From Spirochaetia bacterium (GTDB taxonomy: Bacteria; Spirochaetota; Spirochaetia; JAFGXN01), in the NCBI GenBank assembly GCA_034120015.1, contig JAXEIF010000011.1:5766-69765 (forward strand): 64,000 bases of DNA, given 5' to 3'. Positions 30,609-39,500 of this stretch are shown here, one piece after another. Each line of letters opens with the position of its first letter. Position 1 is the first letter of the stretch. The position numbers and the translations under genes were made by a program. The notes under the pieces are model-generated. The model had not been told where the DNA came from, searched no databases, and saw only the letters and a list, made by a program, of their open reading frames with translations.

Positions 30609-30621
30609 TCCCGACTCCTGT

Positions 30622-31668
30622 CTACTCCATCGAAAGGAAGCGAATCGGATCGATATTCTGAGAACCGATTCTGATTTCGTAATGCACATGAGGTCCGGTT
30701 GTCAGACCGGTATTTCCCAAAGCCGCAATCCGCTGCCCCTGAGCCACTGTGTCGCCCTCATTGACATAAATGGCATCGCAGTGGGCATACCGGGTATAAA
30801 ACCCGTACTTATGCTGAATTGTCAGATAATTACCGTAATCCTCATGCCAGGTCACTTCGACAACTTTTCCGTTGGCTGTCGCCACAATTCCCGTACCGCG
30901 GGTATAAGCAATATCGAGTGCATTGTGAAGATACCAGTAACCGCGAATCGGATGCTGTGCCGGTCCGAACGGAGCGGATATATAACCGCGCCCCCGCTCG
31001 ACCGGCCATCCCGTCGGAATTTCCTCCAAAAGGTTGCCTTTTGAATTTAAAAGCCCGGAAATACGGGACAGCTCCGACATAGATGATTCGAGAAAACGGG
31101 AAATATTTTTGACATCCTGTAACTCCCTCATTGTTTGTCCGTCGTGAGCTTCCACGTTAATAAAGGAAGCATAATCACCGGACGACTGTGTTGTTTTATT
31201 CAATTGGGAGGATAATCCGAACGAATCAAGCGTATCGGATAGTACATTTTCAAAATCTCTTGCCGTTCTCCTCAATTCGGTCACGCTGTCTTTCAGTTCT
31301 TCGTTTTCCGTCTCGACAGCTGCCATTCTGGATTCGGCAGACAGGACATTCTGACCGCCGGATGCAAATAAAATTCCCAATACGACCGTTACGGCCGACA
31401 AAACCGCAACAAACGCGCACAAAGTAAAAATAGTTGCAAACGATATTTTAAAATTGACCGCTTTCTTCTCCGTATGAGGGATAATCATAACCGTATAACG
31501 GCGTCCGAGCAGCCGAAAGAATTTTGTCATTCGGGTCCGGAATTTCTTTGTGCCGCGCGATACGGAAGCCACTATCCTGTCAAAAAAACGGTTCTCGATT
31601 TTCTTATAGTTATGAGTTAAAGACACGAAAGCCTCTCTGTTTCGCAATATTCTTTTTAAGAATATCAC
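30622..31668 (-). CDS. M23 (LytM-type) metallopeptidase with N-terminal TM segment and coiled-coil (EnvC-like architecture)
   Basis: HNALDIAY...GKVVEV...GNYLTIQHKYGFYTRYAH...GNTGLTTGPHVHYEIR; intact HxxxD and HxH ligands. Confidence 0.85.
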   Translation of the reverse strand: MIFLKRILRNREAFVSLTHNYKKIENRFFDRIVASVSRGTKKFRTRMTKFFRLLGRRYTVMIIPHTEKKAVNFKISFATIFTLCAFVAVLSAVTVVLGILFASGGQNVLSAESRMAAVETENEELKDSVTELRRTARDFENVLSDTLDSFGLSSQLNKTTQSSGDYASFINVEAHDGQTMRELQDVKNISRFLESSMSELSRISGLLNSKGNLLEEIPTGWPVERGRGYISAPFGPAQHPIRGYWYLHNALDIAYTRGTGIVATANGKVVEVTWHEDYGNYLTIQHKYGFYTRYAHCDAIYVNEGDTVAQGQRIAALGNTGLTTGPHVHYEIRIGSQNIDPIRFLSME

Positions 31669-31691
31669 GGATTAAAAATTTTGTCAAACAA

Positions 31692-32579
31692 TCACCGGCC
31701 GGCCGTAAGACTTCCGAGTGCCGATGCCGGCAGCTTATAAAAATCACCGTCCTCGTTGCTGACAGCCAATCCTCCGTCGGAAGTAAAACAAACCCCTTCA
31801 CACTGACCGCAGTCGAGAGAAAAAATTTTAAGTATCTTATCGGATAAACCGGTCAGCCCGTCCGAAACATCGACAAGATACAGGTAATTATAAGAAAGAA
31901 CCGCCAGCCGCTGCTCTTCCGCGTCGATATCGGCAGACGTAATTTCACTGAATGCAGAAAAAGAGCCGACCGCATGAGCATCAATCCGCCGTCCCGATTT
32001 CGGATCGGCTTCGAATATCAATGCCTCTCCCCGATTTTTCGTAATCAGGTAAAATTTTTCTTTATAAATGAACAGAGCTTCCGTATCGGCGTAAACGGTT
32101 TTACCGTCCATTCGGCAACGGATAACCCATTTTTCTTCGACAAGCGCCGTTCCCGATGAAACCGTTTTTTTCCCGTCAATCCGGTAAATCCGCTTTTCCG
32201 TCCGAAGTCTCAAATTATCTCCGATATCGGCCAGATAGATTTGACCGTCTTTGCCCCGGGCCAGATCTTCCCAATCCGACTGAACAGCTCCTTTCACGGG
32301 AATACTCCGGTAATCACCGATTTGACCGTCGTTATACCGAAAAAGATAAATTTTCGACGGAGAGAAACTGTCTCCGTGAGTCAGAAACAAACCGGGTTCG
32401 CCGTCGACTTCCGACAGCCCCGAAGACTCCGGCAACGCTTTCACATCAAATAAGGAATGTCGGGCCGCATCCGAAAAAAACAATACCGTTCCCGCAGGTT
32501 TTCCCTCATCCCGAACATTCCAAACCATACAGCCGGCCGGCAAAAATACCGCCGCCAAAATCAAAACCGCTTTCTTCAT
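31692..32579 (-). CDS. Hypothetical lipoprotein (beta-rich). Start at MKKAVLILAAVFLPAGC.
   Basis: Lipobox LPAGC. No family recognised with confidence. Confidence 0.55.
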   Translation of the reverse strand: MKKAVLILAAVFLPAGCMVWNVRDEGKPAGTVLFFSDAARHSLFDVKALPESSGLSEVDGEPGLFLTHGDSFSPSKIYLFRYNDGQIGDYRSIPVKGAVQSDWEDLARGKDGQIYLADIGDNLRLRTEKRIYRIDGKKTVSSGTALVEEKWVIRCRMDGKTVYADTEALFIYKEKFYLITKNRGEALIFEADPKSGRRIDAHAVGSFSAFSEITSADIDAEEQRLAVLSYNYLYLVDVSDGLTGLSDKILKIFSLDCGQCEGVCFTSDGGLAVSNEDGDFYKLPASALGSLTAGR

Positions 32580-32719
32580 GAAACAAATGAAAGCATGAAT
32601 ACGGGAAATAGTCAATCCGAACTTCCGTCACCGGAAGAAAAAATCTTGACCTCTTCCCGCGAATATGATACCATTTTACAAGAAGGGTTTCCTTCCATCT
32701 TAATTTTACAGGATATATT

Positions 32720-33493
32720 ATGAATTTGTTTGATACTCATGCTCACATCGGTCTGATTCATGATGACCCTATTGAACAGCTTATCGTGACAAAGGAAGCT
32801 AAACAGGCAGATGTCAAATACATTATCAGCATCTGCAACAATATTAAGGATTTCGGCGCTATTTACGATAATCTGACACTGGCAGACAACGTTCTCTATG
32901 CAGTCGGACTTTCCCCTGCCGAAGTCGACAATCTGCCATCAAACTGGGAAGAACAGATTATCGCCAATGCTGCCAAAGCGAAAGTTGTCGCTATCGGTGA
33001 AACCGGGCTCGACTATTACCGTAAGTTCGGAAACAAAAACGCACAAATCGAACTGTTTCGCAGACAGCTGACTTTAGCGGAAAAACTGAACAAACCGGTT
33101 ATCGTCCACAACCGTGAAGCCGGAGAGGATATTTACAATATCTTAAAAACAAATATCCCTTCAAAAGGTGCGGTTTTACACTGCTATTCGGAAGACTGGA
33201 ACTATGCAAAAAAAATTCTTGACTTAAACGTCATGTTTTCGTTTGCCGGAAATCTGACATACAAAAATGCCAGAAATCTTCACGAAACCGTCCGCAATCT
33301 TCCGGAAGACAGGATTCTTCTCGAAACCGAGGCCCCGTTTATGATTCCCGCCGTATACCGGGGAAAACGAAACAAACCGGCTTATCTGAAAGAAACTCTG
33401 AAATTTCTGGCCGGTTTTTTAAACCGGGATCCCGAAGAACTGGCGGATATCATTTACAAAAATTCTCTGCACTTTTTCAATATTTCGGAATAA
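32720..33493 (+). CDS. tatD: TatD-family metal-dependent hydrolase
   Basis: MNLFDTHAHIGL..., GETGLDYY, HNRE, LETEAP motifs. Confidence 0.9.
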   Translation: MNLFDTHAHIGLIHDDPIEQLIVTKEAKQADVKYIISICNNIKDFGAIYDNLTLADNVLYAVGLSPAEVDNLPSNWEEQIIANAAKAKVVAIGETGLDYYRKFGNKNAQIELFRRQLTLAEKLNKPVIVHNREAGEDIYNILKTNIPSKGAVLHCYSEDWNYAKKILDLNVMFSFAGNLTYKNARNLHETVRNLPEDRILLETEAPFMIPAVYRGKRNKPAYLKETLKFLAGFLNRDPEELADIIYKNSLHFFNISE

Positions 33494-33494
33494 G

Positions 33495-34517
33495 ATGAAT
33501 TGGCAGATAAAGACCGTTTTACCGGGAACATCGATTACCGGTCATATTTTTCTTGCGCCGATGGCCGGTTACACCGATTCCGTTTTCCGCGGATTGTGCG
33601 CCGAATACGGAGCCGATCTCTGCTATACGGAAATGGTCAGCTGCGAAGGTTTGTCCCGACTGAATAAAAAAACGGCCGAATTGATGAAAACCAAACCGGT
33701 CGAAAAACAGAGCGGCATCCAGCTTTTCGGAGTCAACCCCGATTCCTGTTTTGAAGCGGCCAAAAACGCAGCCACCCTCAACCCGGCTGTTATCGATTTC
33801 AACTGCGGCTGCCCGGTACCGAAAGTCGTAAAAACCGGCGCCGGATCTGCCCTAATGCGCAATCTGCCGCTGTTAACGGAGCTCATCGGCGCTCTCAAAG
33901 CCGGCATCGCCGCGGCGGGCAAAAACATTCCGGTTTCGATCAAGATCCGTTCCGGATGGACAGCCGATGAGATTAATGCAACGGAAACGGCCGCGGCGGC
34001 AATCGAAGCCGGCATCGATTTAATCGGCATTCACGGCCGGACCCGGGCTCAGGGGTACAGCGGTGTCGCTGACTACAGCATTATCCGCCGCGTTAAAGAA
34101 TCCGTTAACGTCCCTGTAATCGGCTCGGGCGATCTTTTTTCACCACGAGACGTTGCCCGTATGTTTAACGAAACGGGAGTCGACGCCGTCATGATTGCCC
34201 GTGGAGCTATCGGAAACCCGCAAATTTTTTTACAGACAAAAGAATTTTTAAACGCCGACCCGGTCACCGAATTCGACGATACGGCCAAACTCAAACTGGC
34301 GCGCCGCCATTTACGCGAATCGGTTGCCGAATTCGGAGAACGGAGAGCCTGCAGGGAAATCCGCAAACATCTTTGCGCTTACTCAAAAGGTGTTCGAAAC
34401 GGCACAACGCTACGCAACAGCCTCGTACGTTGCACAACCCTGGCTGAATACGAAGCCGTTTTCGACGATTTTTTTCGGGAACAGGAAATCGACCGGGAAA
34501 AAAATTTACCCGATTGA
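33495..34517 (+). CDS. dusB: tRNA-dihydrouridine synthase
   Basis: FLAPMAGYTDSVFRGLCAEYGADLCYTEMVS, NCGCP, K..R catalytic region. Confidence 0.85.
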   Translation: MNWQIKTVLPGTSITGHIFLAPMAGYTDSVFRGLCAEYGADLCYTEMVSCEGLSRLNKKTAELMKTKPVEKQSGIQLFGVNPDSCFEAAKNAATLNPAVIDFNCGCPVPKVVKTGAGSALMRNLPLLTELIGALKAGIAAAGKNIPVSIKIRSGWTADEINATETAAAAIEAGIDLIGIHGRTRAQGYSGVADYSIIRRVKESVNVPVIGSGDLFSPRDVARMFNETGVDAVMIARGAIGNPQIFLQTKEFLNADPVTEFDDTAKLKLARRHLRESVAEFGERRACREIRKHLCAYSKGVRNGTTLRNSLVRCTTLAEYEAVFDDFFREQEIDREKNLPD

Positions 34518-34542
34518 TTTTCGTTTCCGAATCGGTTAATAT
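34514..34542 (+). promoter_or_regulatory. Candidate dapBA promoter TTGATT-17-TAATAT inside the dusB 3' end
   Basis: TTGATT 34514-34519, TAATAT 34537-34542, RBS GGAGAGGAAG before ATG at 34561. Confidence 0.4.
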
Positions 34543-34560
34543 AAACGGAGAGGAAGAACC

Positions 34561-35310
34561 ATGAACATTGTTTTGGTCGGATATGGCCGAATGGGAAAAG
34601 CGGTTGAGGAAGCCGCCGTTCAAAGAGGACATACCGTTACAGCCAAAGTCGATCCGCTGACCGACGGACCTTTGACATTTCGGGAACTGACACCGGAAAT
34701 TCTCAAACAGTCAGATGCCGTCATCGAATTTGCCCTTCCTCAGGGCATCGAAACCAACACACGTCTTTATGCGGAATACGCAATCCCGGCTGTTATCGGC
34801 ACCACAGGGTGGGAAAACAAAAGAGACTCGGTGGCCTCTCTGGTCAAGGAAAAAAACGGTTCCGTTTTGTGGGGGAATAATTTTTCCGTCGGTGCCCATC
34901 TTTTATTCAGACTGACGGAAGAAGCCGCCCAATTAATTGAAAACCTGACCGACTACGATATTATGGTGCACGAAATTCATCATAAAATGAAGAAAGATTC
35001 CCCTTCGGGAACGGCGCTGACTCTTGCCGAAAAAATTCTTCAAAATAACAGACGAAAATCGGTCATTCAAACCGGAACATTGGACCGCATGATTCTTCCC
35101 GAAGAACTTCACGTTGTCGGAATTCGGGGCGGTTCGGTTCCGGGTGTTCATACGGTCACTGTCGACGGCCCTCACGATACCATCGAACTGACTCACACTG
35201 CACGCAACCGCTGCGGATTTGCTGTCGGCTCGGTTATGGCTGCCGAATGGCTGATAAATAAAAAAGGCTTTTTTCGGGTCGAAGATTTTATCAACGATCT
35301 GTTCAAATAG
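34561..35310 (+). CDS. dapB: 4-hydroxy-tetrahydrodipicolinate reductase
   Basis: MNIVLVGYGRMGK, EIHHKMKKDSPSGTA. Confidence 0.9.
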   Translation: MNIVLVGYGRMGKAVEEAAVQRGHTVTAKVDPLTDGPLTFRELTPEILKQSDAVIEFALPQGIETNTRLYAEYAIPAVIGTTGWENKRDSVASLVKEKNGSVLWGNNFSVGAHLLFRLTEEAAQLIENLTDYDIMVHEIHHKMKKDSPSGTALTLAEKILQNNRRKSVIQTGTLDRMILPEELHVVGIRGGSVPGVHTVTVDGPHDTIELTHTARNRCGFAVGSVMAAEWLINKKGFFRVEDFINDLFK

Positions 35311-35319
35311 GAGAAAAAA

Positions 35320-36201
35320 ATGAAAAAATTACAGGGCGTCATTACGGCATTGCCGACTCCGTTCTGTCAAGACGGCTCTCTGGATAAAAATGCACTTAAA
35401 AAATTTGTCGATTTTCAAATCGAAAACGGCATCACGGCGTTGCTGCCCGTAGGCACGACCGGCGAAAGCCCTACATTAACACATGAAGAACATGCCGAAG
35501 TGATTCGTCTTGTCATCGAACAGACCGCAGGTCGTGTACCTGTTATTTGCGGTACCGGATCCAACTCGACTGCCGAGGCTGTGTCCATGACAAAACAGGC
35601 TGCTGCCGACGGAGCCGACTATTCGCTTCAGGTCACACCGTATTACAACAAACCGGGACAGGAAGGAATCTACCGCCATTTTACGGCTATAGCCGATGCC
35701 TCCCCCATTCCGATTATCCTTTATAATATTGCCGGACGGACGGGACGTAACATTGAAACAGAAACAGTGGCCCGTCTTGCCGAACATCCGAATATTGTCG
35801 GCGTCAAAGAAGCCTCCGGATCGATAGCCCAGGCTATGGATGTCATCCATTCCGTTCCCGAAGACTTTATGGTCTTTTCCGGTGATGACAGTTTAACCCT
35901 GCCGACGGTTGCCGTCGGAGGCGACGGAATCATTTCGGTTGCATCCAATGTAATTCCCCAGGCAATGACTGAATTTACCTCCGCAGCACTGACGGGTGAT
36001 TGGGAAACGGCCCGCAGGTACAACAAAAAATATGCCTCTCTTTTTCAAAAACTGTTTATTGACACCAACCCTGTTCCCGTAAAATACGCGCTTGCCCGTA
36101 TGGGATGGATGGAAGAAGTTTACCGCCTTCCTTTGTGTCCGATGAACGATAACTGCAAGGCCATTCTTGACGCCGTTCTGAAGGAACTCGATTTAATCTG
36201 A
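35320..36201 (+). CDS. dapA: 4-hydroxy-tetrahydrodipicolinate synthase
   Basis: ALPTPF..DGSLD, GTTGESPTL, IILYNIAGRTG motifs. Confidence 0.9.
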   Translation: MKKLQGVITALPTPFCQDGSLDKNALKKFVDFQIENGITALLPVGTTGESPTLTHEEHAEVIRLVIEQTAGRVPVICGTGSNSTAEAVSMTKQAAADGADYSLQVTPYYNKPGQEGIYRHFTAIADASPIPIILYNIAGRTGRNIETETVARLAEHPNIVGVKEASGSIAQAMDVIHSVPEDFMVFSGDDSLTLPTVAVGGDGIISVASNVIPQAMTEFTSAALTGDWETARRYNKKYASLFQKLFIDTNPVPVKYALARMGWMEEVYRLPLCPMNDNCKAILDAVLKELDLI

Positions 36202-36324
36202 GAACCGGTCGGAATGAATAAAACAAATCGAACCGGACAGAATGCGGCAACCGGAAAGAAATCTCTTTTGCAAAAAAATTTCGAAAGAAGACCGAAACAA
36301 ACGGAAAAGAGCAATCGGGAAAAA

Positions 36325-36861
36325 ATGATCGGCGGAGAATTGTACTCCGCTCTCGATCGGGAGCTGATTTTTCTGAGATGGAGGGCACAACGTCTCTGCC
36401 GTAAAATCAACCGGTTTTCGACCATGCCTTTTTATCCCCTGAAAAAATATTATCTGAAAAAGCTGTTCGGCAAATGCGGACACAATGCTTATATCGAACC
36501 TCCCTTTCACTGTGATTACGGATTCAATATTACTGTCGGAGATTCTTTTTATGCCAATACGGGGTGTGTGTTTCTCGATGTCACGCCGATTACAATCGGC
36601 AGTCACGTTATGCTCGGACCGCATGTACAGCTGTATGCGGCTACCCATCCGATTTCTCCCGAAATTCGTTTAACGGGAGAAGAATGCGGAGCTCCTATTA
36701 CTATCGGAAACAACGTCTGGATTGGCGGAAATACGGTTATTCAACCGGGAGTTACAATCGGAGATAATACCGTTATCGGTGCAGGGAGTGTCGTTACAAA
36801 AGACATTCCCGCAAACACGGTGGCCTACGGCAATCCGTGCCGCGTCCGGAAAACACTGTAA
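36325..36861 (+). CDS. maa: Maltose/galactoside O-acetyltransferase (left-handed beta-helix, hexapeptide repeats). An alternative longer start at 36214 would add a basic low-complexity 37-aa extension.
   Basis: MIGGELYSALDRELIF...HNAYIEPPFHCDYGFNITVGD...IGNNVWIGGNTVIQPGVTIGDNTVIGAGSVV. Confidence 0.8.
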   Translation: MIGGELYSALDRELIFLRWRAQRLCRKINRFSTMPFYPLKKYYLKKLFGKCGHNAYIEPPFHCDYGFNITVGDSFYANTGCVFLDVTPITIGSHVMLGPHVQLYAATHPISPEIRLTGEECGAPITIGNNVWIGGNTVIQPGVTIGDNTVIGAGSVVTKDIPANTVAYGNPCRVRKTL

Positions 36862-36895
36862 ACTGTTTCGACGAACGCACCGGCTTTTTCCTTTC

Positions 36896-36923
36896 AAAAA
36901 AACCGACCTGACGGTCGGTTTTT
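36896..36923. terminator. Bidirectional rho-independent terminator between maa (+) and the reductase-like gene (-)
   Basis: AAAAAA-ACCGACC-tgac-GGTCGGT-TTTTT. Confidence 0.75.
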
Positions 36924-36929
36924 ACAACA

Positions 36930-37715
36930 TTAAAACACAAACGGAATCATGGCTTTACGGGATGAGGGATATTCGTCACCGAATTTTTCACGATACCATT
37001 GCAGATTTTTGTACGCACGGGGTCCCAAATTGGCAAAAGTGAAAACGGCAAACGCCAGACCGGCCCATGATCCGGTTAAAACCGCCCACCCGAGCCATTC
37101 CATAAATTCCCCGAAATAATTGGGCGAAGCCACCCATTTATGAAGGCCGCGATTCGGAATTTTATACCCTGTTTCGCCCGGCTTTCTCAGAGAGCGGAGA
37201 ACCGCATCCGAATGCTGATTAATCACCCAGCCGGCCAAAAACAGACCGACACCGATTAAAAAATTGGGAGTCAGAAACCATCCGGGATTGTATTTATCGG
37301 CCGCATCGGGAGAAAGAAAAATCTCGTAACCATTAATATAACCGTTAATCGAATTGAAAAATGCCCCGAAAAGCGGAATCAGAGCCGCCATCGGACGGCT
37401 TCCCTTTGAAAGACGAAAGGGATAAATAAAGGTACGGTAAATATAATGAAATTCCCAAATACAGATAAACACAATCATAACGGGATTTTCCCATCCGCGG
37501 GCCAGATAAAACATCAGAAGAATGACGGCGAAAGCGGGAAATTCCATAATGACCCAACCGGGACGGGCCTGAACCACCGGACCGAAACCGGCTGTACCGT
37601 ATTTACCATAAGGAGCTGTTTTATAGAAAAGAAAAAGAACAACAAAAATTGCAGACACAAGTTGAAAAACCAGCAGACACTGATAAAGAATAAGCAAAAC
37701 AGATGATTCTGTCAC
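36930..37715 (-). CDS. Steroid 5-alpha-reductase / DUF1295-family membrane protein. Start corrected to the GTG preceded by AAAGGAG, because the longer ORF-track N-terminus would run through a terminator hairpin.
   Basis: C-terminal NYFGEFMEWLGWAVLTGS...YKNLQWYREKFGDEYPSSRKAMIPFVF signature. RBS aaaggagagtttttGTG. Confidence 0.7.
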   Translation of the reverse strand: MTESSVLLILYQCLLVFQLVSAIFVVLFLFYKTAPYGKYGTAGFGPVVQARPGWVIMEFPAFAVILLMFYLARGWENPVMIVFICIWEFHYIYRTFIYPFRLSKGSRPMAALIPLFGAFFNSINGYINGYEIFLSPDAADKYNPGWFLTPNFLIGVGLFLAGWVINQHSDAVLRSLRKPGETGYKIPNRGLHKWVASPNYFGEFMEWLGWAVLTGSWAGLAFAVFTFANLGPRAYKNLQWYREKFGDEYPSSRKAMIPFVF

Positions 37716-37755
37716 AAAAACTCTCCTTTCGATTACAGTAGCACAGCAAAACTCT

Positions 37756-37786
37756 TTTGTCAACAAAAAAGGGACCCTGTCAGCGG
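37756..37786. terminator. Terminator downstream of the tandem secreted-protein genes; the 3' arm contains a TTGACA
   Basis: AAAAAA-GGGACCC-tgtcagc-GGATCCC-TTTTT (one mismatch in the stem). Confidence 0.55.
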
Positions 37787-37813
37787 ATCCCTTTTTCGAT
37801 AATCAGACCGATT

Positions 37814-38623
37814 CTACCACTCATCCGACATATTTTCAATTCCGCTGTACTGTGACAGATGAATCACATCGGTATAAGCTTCCAAATCATCGAAATAAAC
37901 ATAATAATCACGAAGCATTTCCATCGCATTAAACTTGATAACCAGCCCCAGTACGGAAAATCCGGGTTTATCGGGAGCCATCATATCTTCCTGCGTGACC
38001 GTCGGAGGAACGTAGGCAATCAGCTGCTTCCATCCGATGAAATTCAGTTTCGGATTCTCGAACGGAATATCGGCAATGACACCTGTCGCCGACTTAACAC
38101 GAATATACAGTTCGTGATTCATTCCGCGACCGCAAACCCACAGCGAAAACGCTTTGGTAATACCGTCCATGCGAATCGGCGATCTTCTTTTCAAAAAGAA
38201 TTCTTCTCCGTAAGCACGTCTTGTAAAATGGATTTTCGCACCCAAAACAACGGAGCGGCCTTCGGCTTCGGCAGCTTCTCCGGAAAGATCCAGTTTTTCG
38301 CCTTCGGAAGCCGGTTTATCCGGTCTGTCCATATATTTCAGCGAAGCCACGGCCGTATCCGGGAAAATAACCGCTTCCCAGGCCGTTTCGATATTAAACT
38401 GATCCAAAAGGAACGTTTTCACTTCCGAAGCACGCTGATCCGTACCGACGTTGGACACATCAACACTTGCGGAACGATCGACATACTCTTTCTGTTCTGT
38501 GTTTTCGTTCTGGGCTGTCGTTTGCGTTGCAGCTGTTTCTTCGGTTTCAACCGGAGCCGCTTCCTGCGCAAACAAACCGAATGTCATAAAAGTCAAAAGC
38601 AATAAAGCGAATTTTTTCATCAT
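37814..38623 (-). CDS. Secreted beta-rich protein, paralog 1 (KLNFIGWK motif family; function unknown)
   Basis: Signal peptide MMKKFALLLLTFMTFGLFAQ. Shares the KLNFIGWK, SLWVCGRG and YVYFDDL blocks with the upstream paralog. The ATG overlaps the paralog-2 stop as TAATG, with a GAAGGAG RBS. Confidence 0.6.
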   Translation of the reverse strand: MMKKFALLLLTFMTFGLFAQEAAPVETEETAATQTTAQNENTEQKEYVDRSASVDVSNVGTDQRASEVKTFLLDQFNIETAWEAVIFPDTAVASLKYMDRPDKPASEGEKLDLSGEAAEAEGRSVVLGAKIHFTRRAYGEEFFLKRRSPIRMDGITKAFSLWVCGRGMNHELYIRVKSATGVIADIPFENPKLNFIGWKQLIAYVPPTVTQEDMMAPDKPGFSVLGLVIKFNAMEMLRDYYVYFDDLEAYTDVIHLSQYSGIENMSDEW

Positions 38624-39435
38624 TAAGCTCCTTCATTTGCCGAAGCATTGTCTTCGTTAGCCGAAGCATTGTCTTCATTTGCTGTCGGATCAACCAAATT
38701 TCCGTGCTGAACCTTTTTAATGGTTCCGGCGCCCCAGGCTTTATTCACAACTGCCGGCTCAACCAGATTATCTCCGTCGAAAGAAACATATTTAAGATCC
38801 GTAGAAACGTTAATTTCATCAAAATAAATGAAGAAATCATCGACTCTTTCTTTGGGAGTTGTCGTAATGACAAATTTTACAATTTCAAGATAGCGGTTTG
38901 CGGGAAGCTGAGCGGCTTCCTGACGGATATAAGTCGGAACTTTGACTTTCAGATTTTTCCATCCGATAAAGTTCAGTTTTCCCATCGGCAACGTATAAGA
39001 AATCCCGTTAAAATCGCGAACACAGACAGCCAAATCATAATTATAGCCGGATCCCCATACCCAAACATCAATCTTGGTGCAGACACCGTTTACAACGATC
39101 GGATCAAATCCGTCGGCATTTCCGGGATAAACCTCAATCGTATTGTAGCCTTTTTTCTTAAACTGGGCGCGGACACCGAGTGCGTTATAAGTTTTACCTT
39201 CGACAGCCGTCAAAGCCAGCTGTTTCGGCCGTTCTTCGACATACGCCACTTTGGGAAACTCTTCGACTGTGAATTCGCTACCCCGAGCCGACCATTCTTT
39301 CGTCTTGTCATCCGGGTCGAAACTTTCTACCAAATACGTAATTTCGTAATTGCTTTTTGTTTGAGCAAACAGCGAAATTCCCGACACGGTGCAGATCAGC
39401 ATCACCATCAATAAACAGAACATCCTTTTTACCAT
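38623..39435 (-). CDS. Secreted beta-rich protein, paralog 2 (KLNFIGWK motif family) with a C-terminal ANEDNAS tandem repeat
   Basis: Signal peptide ...GISLFAQ. LGVRAQFKKKGY, DVWVWGSGYNYDL, GKLNFIGWK and FFIYFDEI blocks. An 18-bp direct DNA repeat x2 at 38639-38690 encodes NEDNASANEDNASA. Confidence 0.6.
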   Translation of the reverse strand: MVKRMFCLLMVMLICTVSGISLFAQTKSNYEITYLVESFDPDDKTKEWSARGSEFTVEEFPKVAYVEERPKQLALTAVEGKTYNALGVRAQFKKKGYNTIEVYPGNADGFDPIVVNGVCTKIDVWVWGSGYNYDLAVCVRDFNGISYTLPMGKLNFIGWKNLKVKVPTYIRQEAAQLPANRYLEIVKFVITTTPKERVDDFFIYFDEINVSTDLKYVSFDGDNLVEPAVVNKAWGAGTIKKVQHGNLVDPTANEDNASANEDNASANEGA

Positions 39436-39460
39436 GAGTGTCTCCTTCCTCTCTTTGAAA

Positions 39461-39489
39461 ATTATATTTCAAATCCTTTTTTAAGTCAA
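39461..39489 (-). promoter_or_regulatory. Near-consensus sigma70 promoter TTGACT-17-TATAAT driving the tandem paralogs
   Basis: Reverse complement of 39484-39489 is TTGACT and of 39461-39466 is TATAAT, with a 17-nt spacer. RBS GAGGAAGGAG before the ATG at 39435. Confidence 0.55.
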
Positions 39490-39500
39490 ATAGTTTTTCA

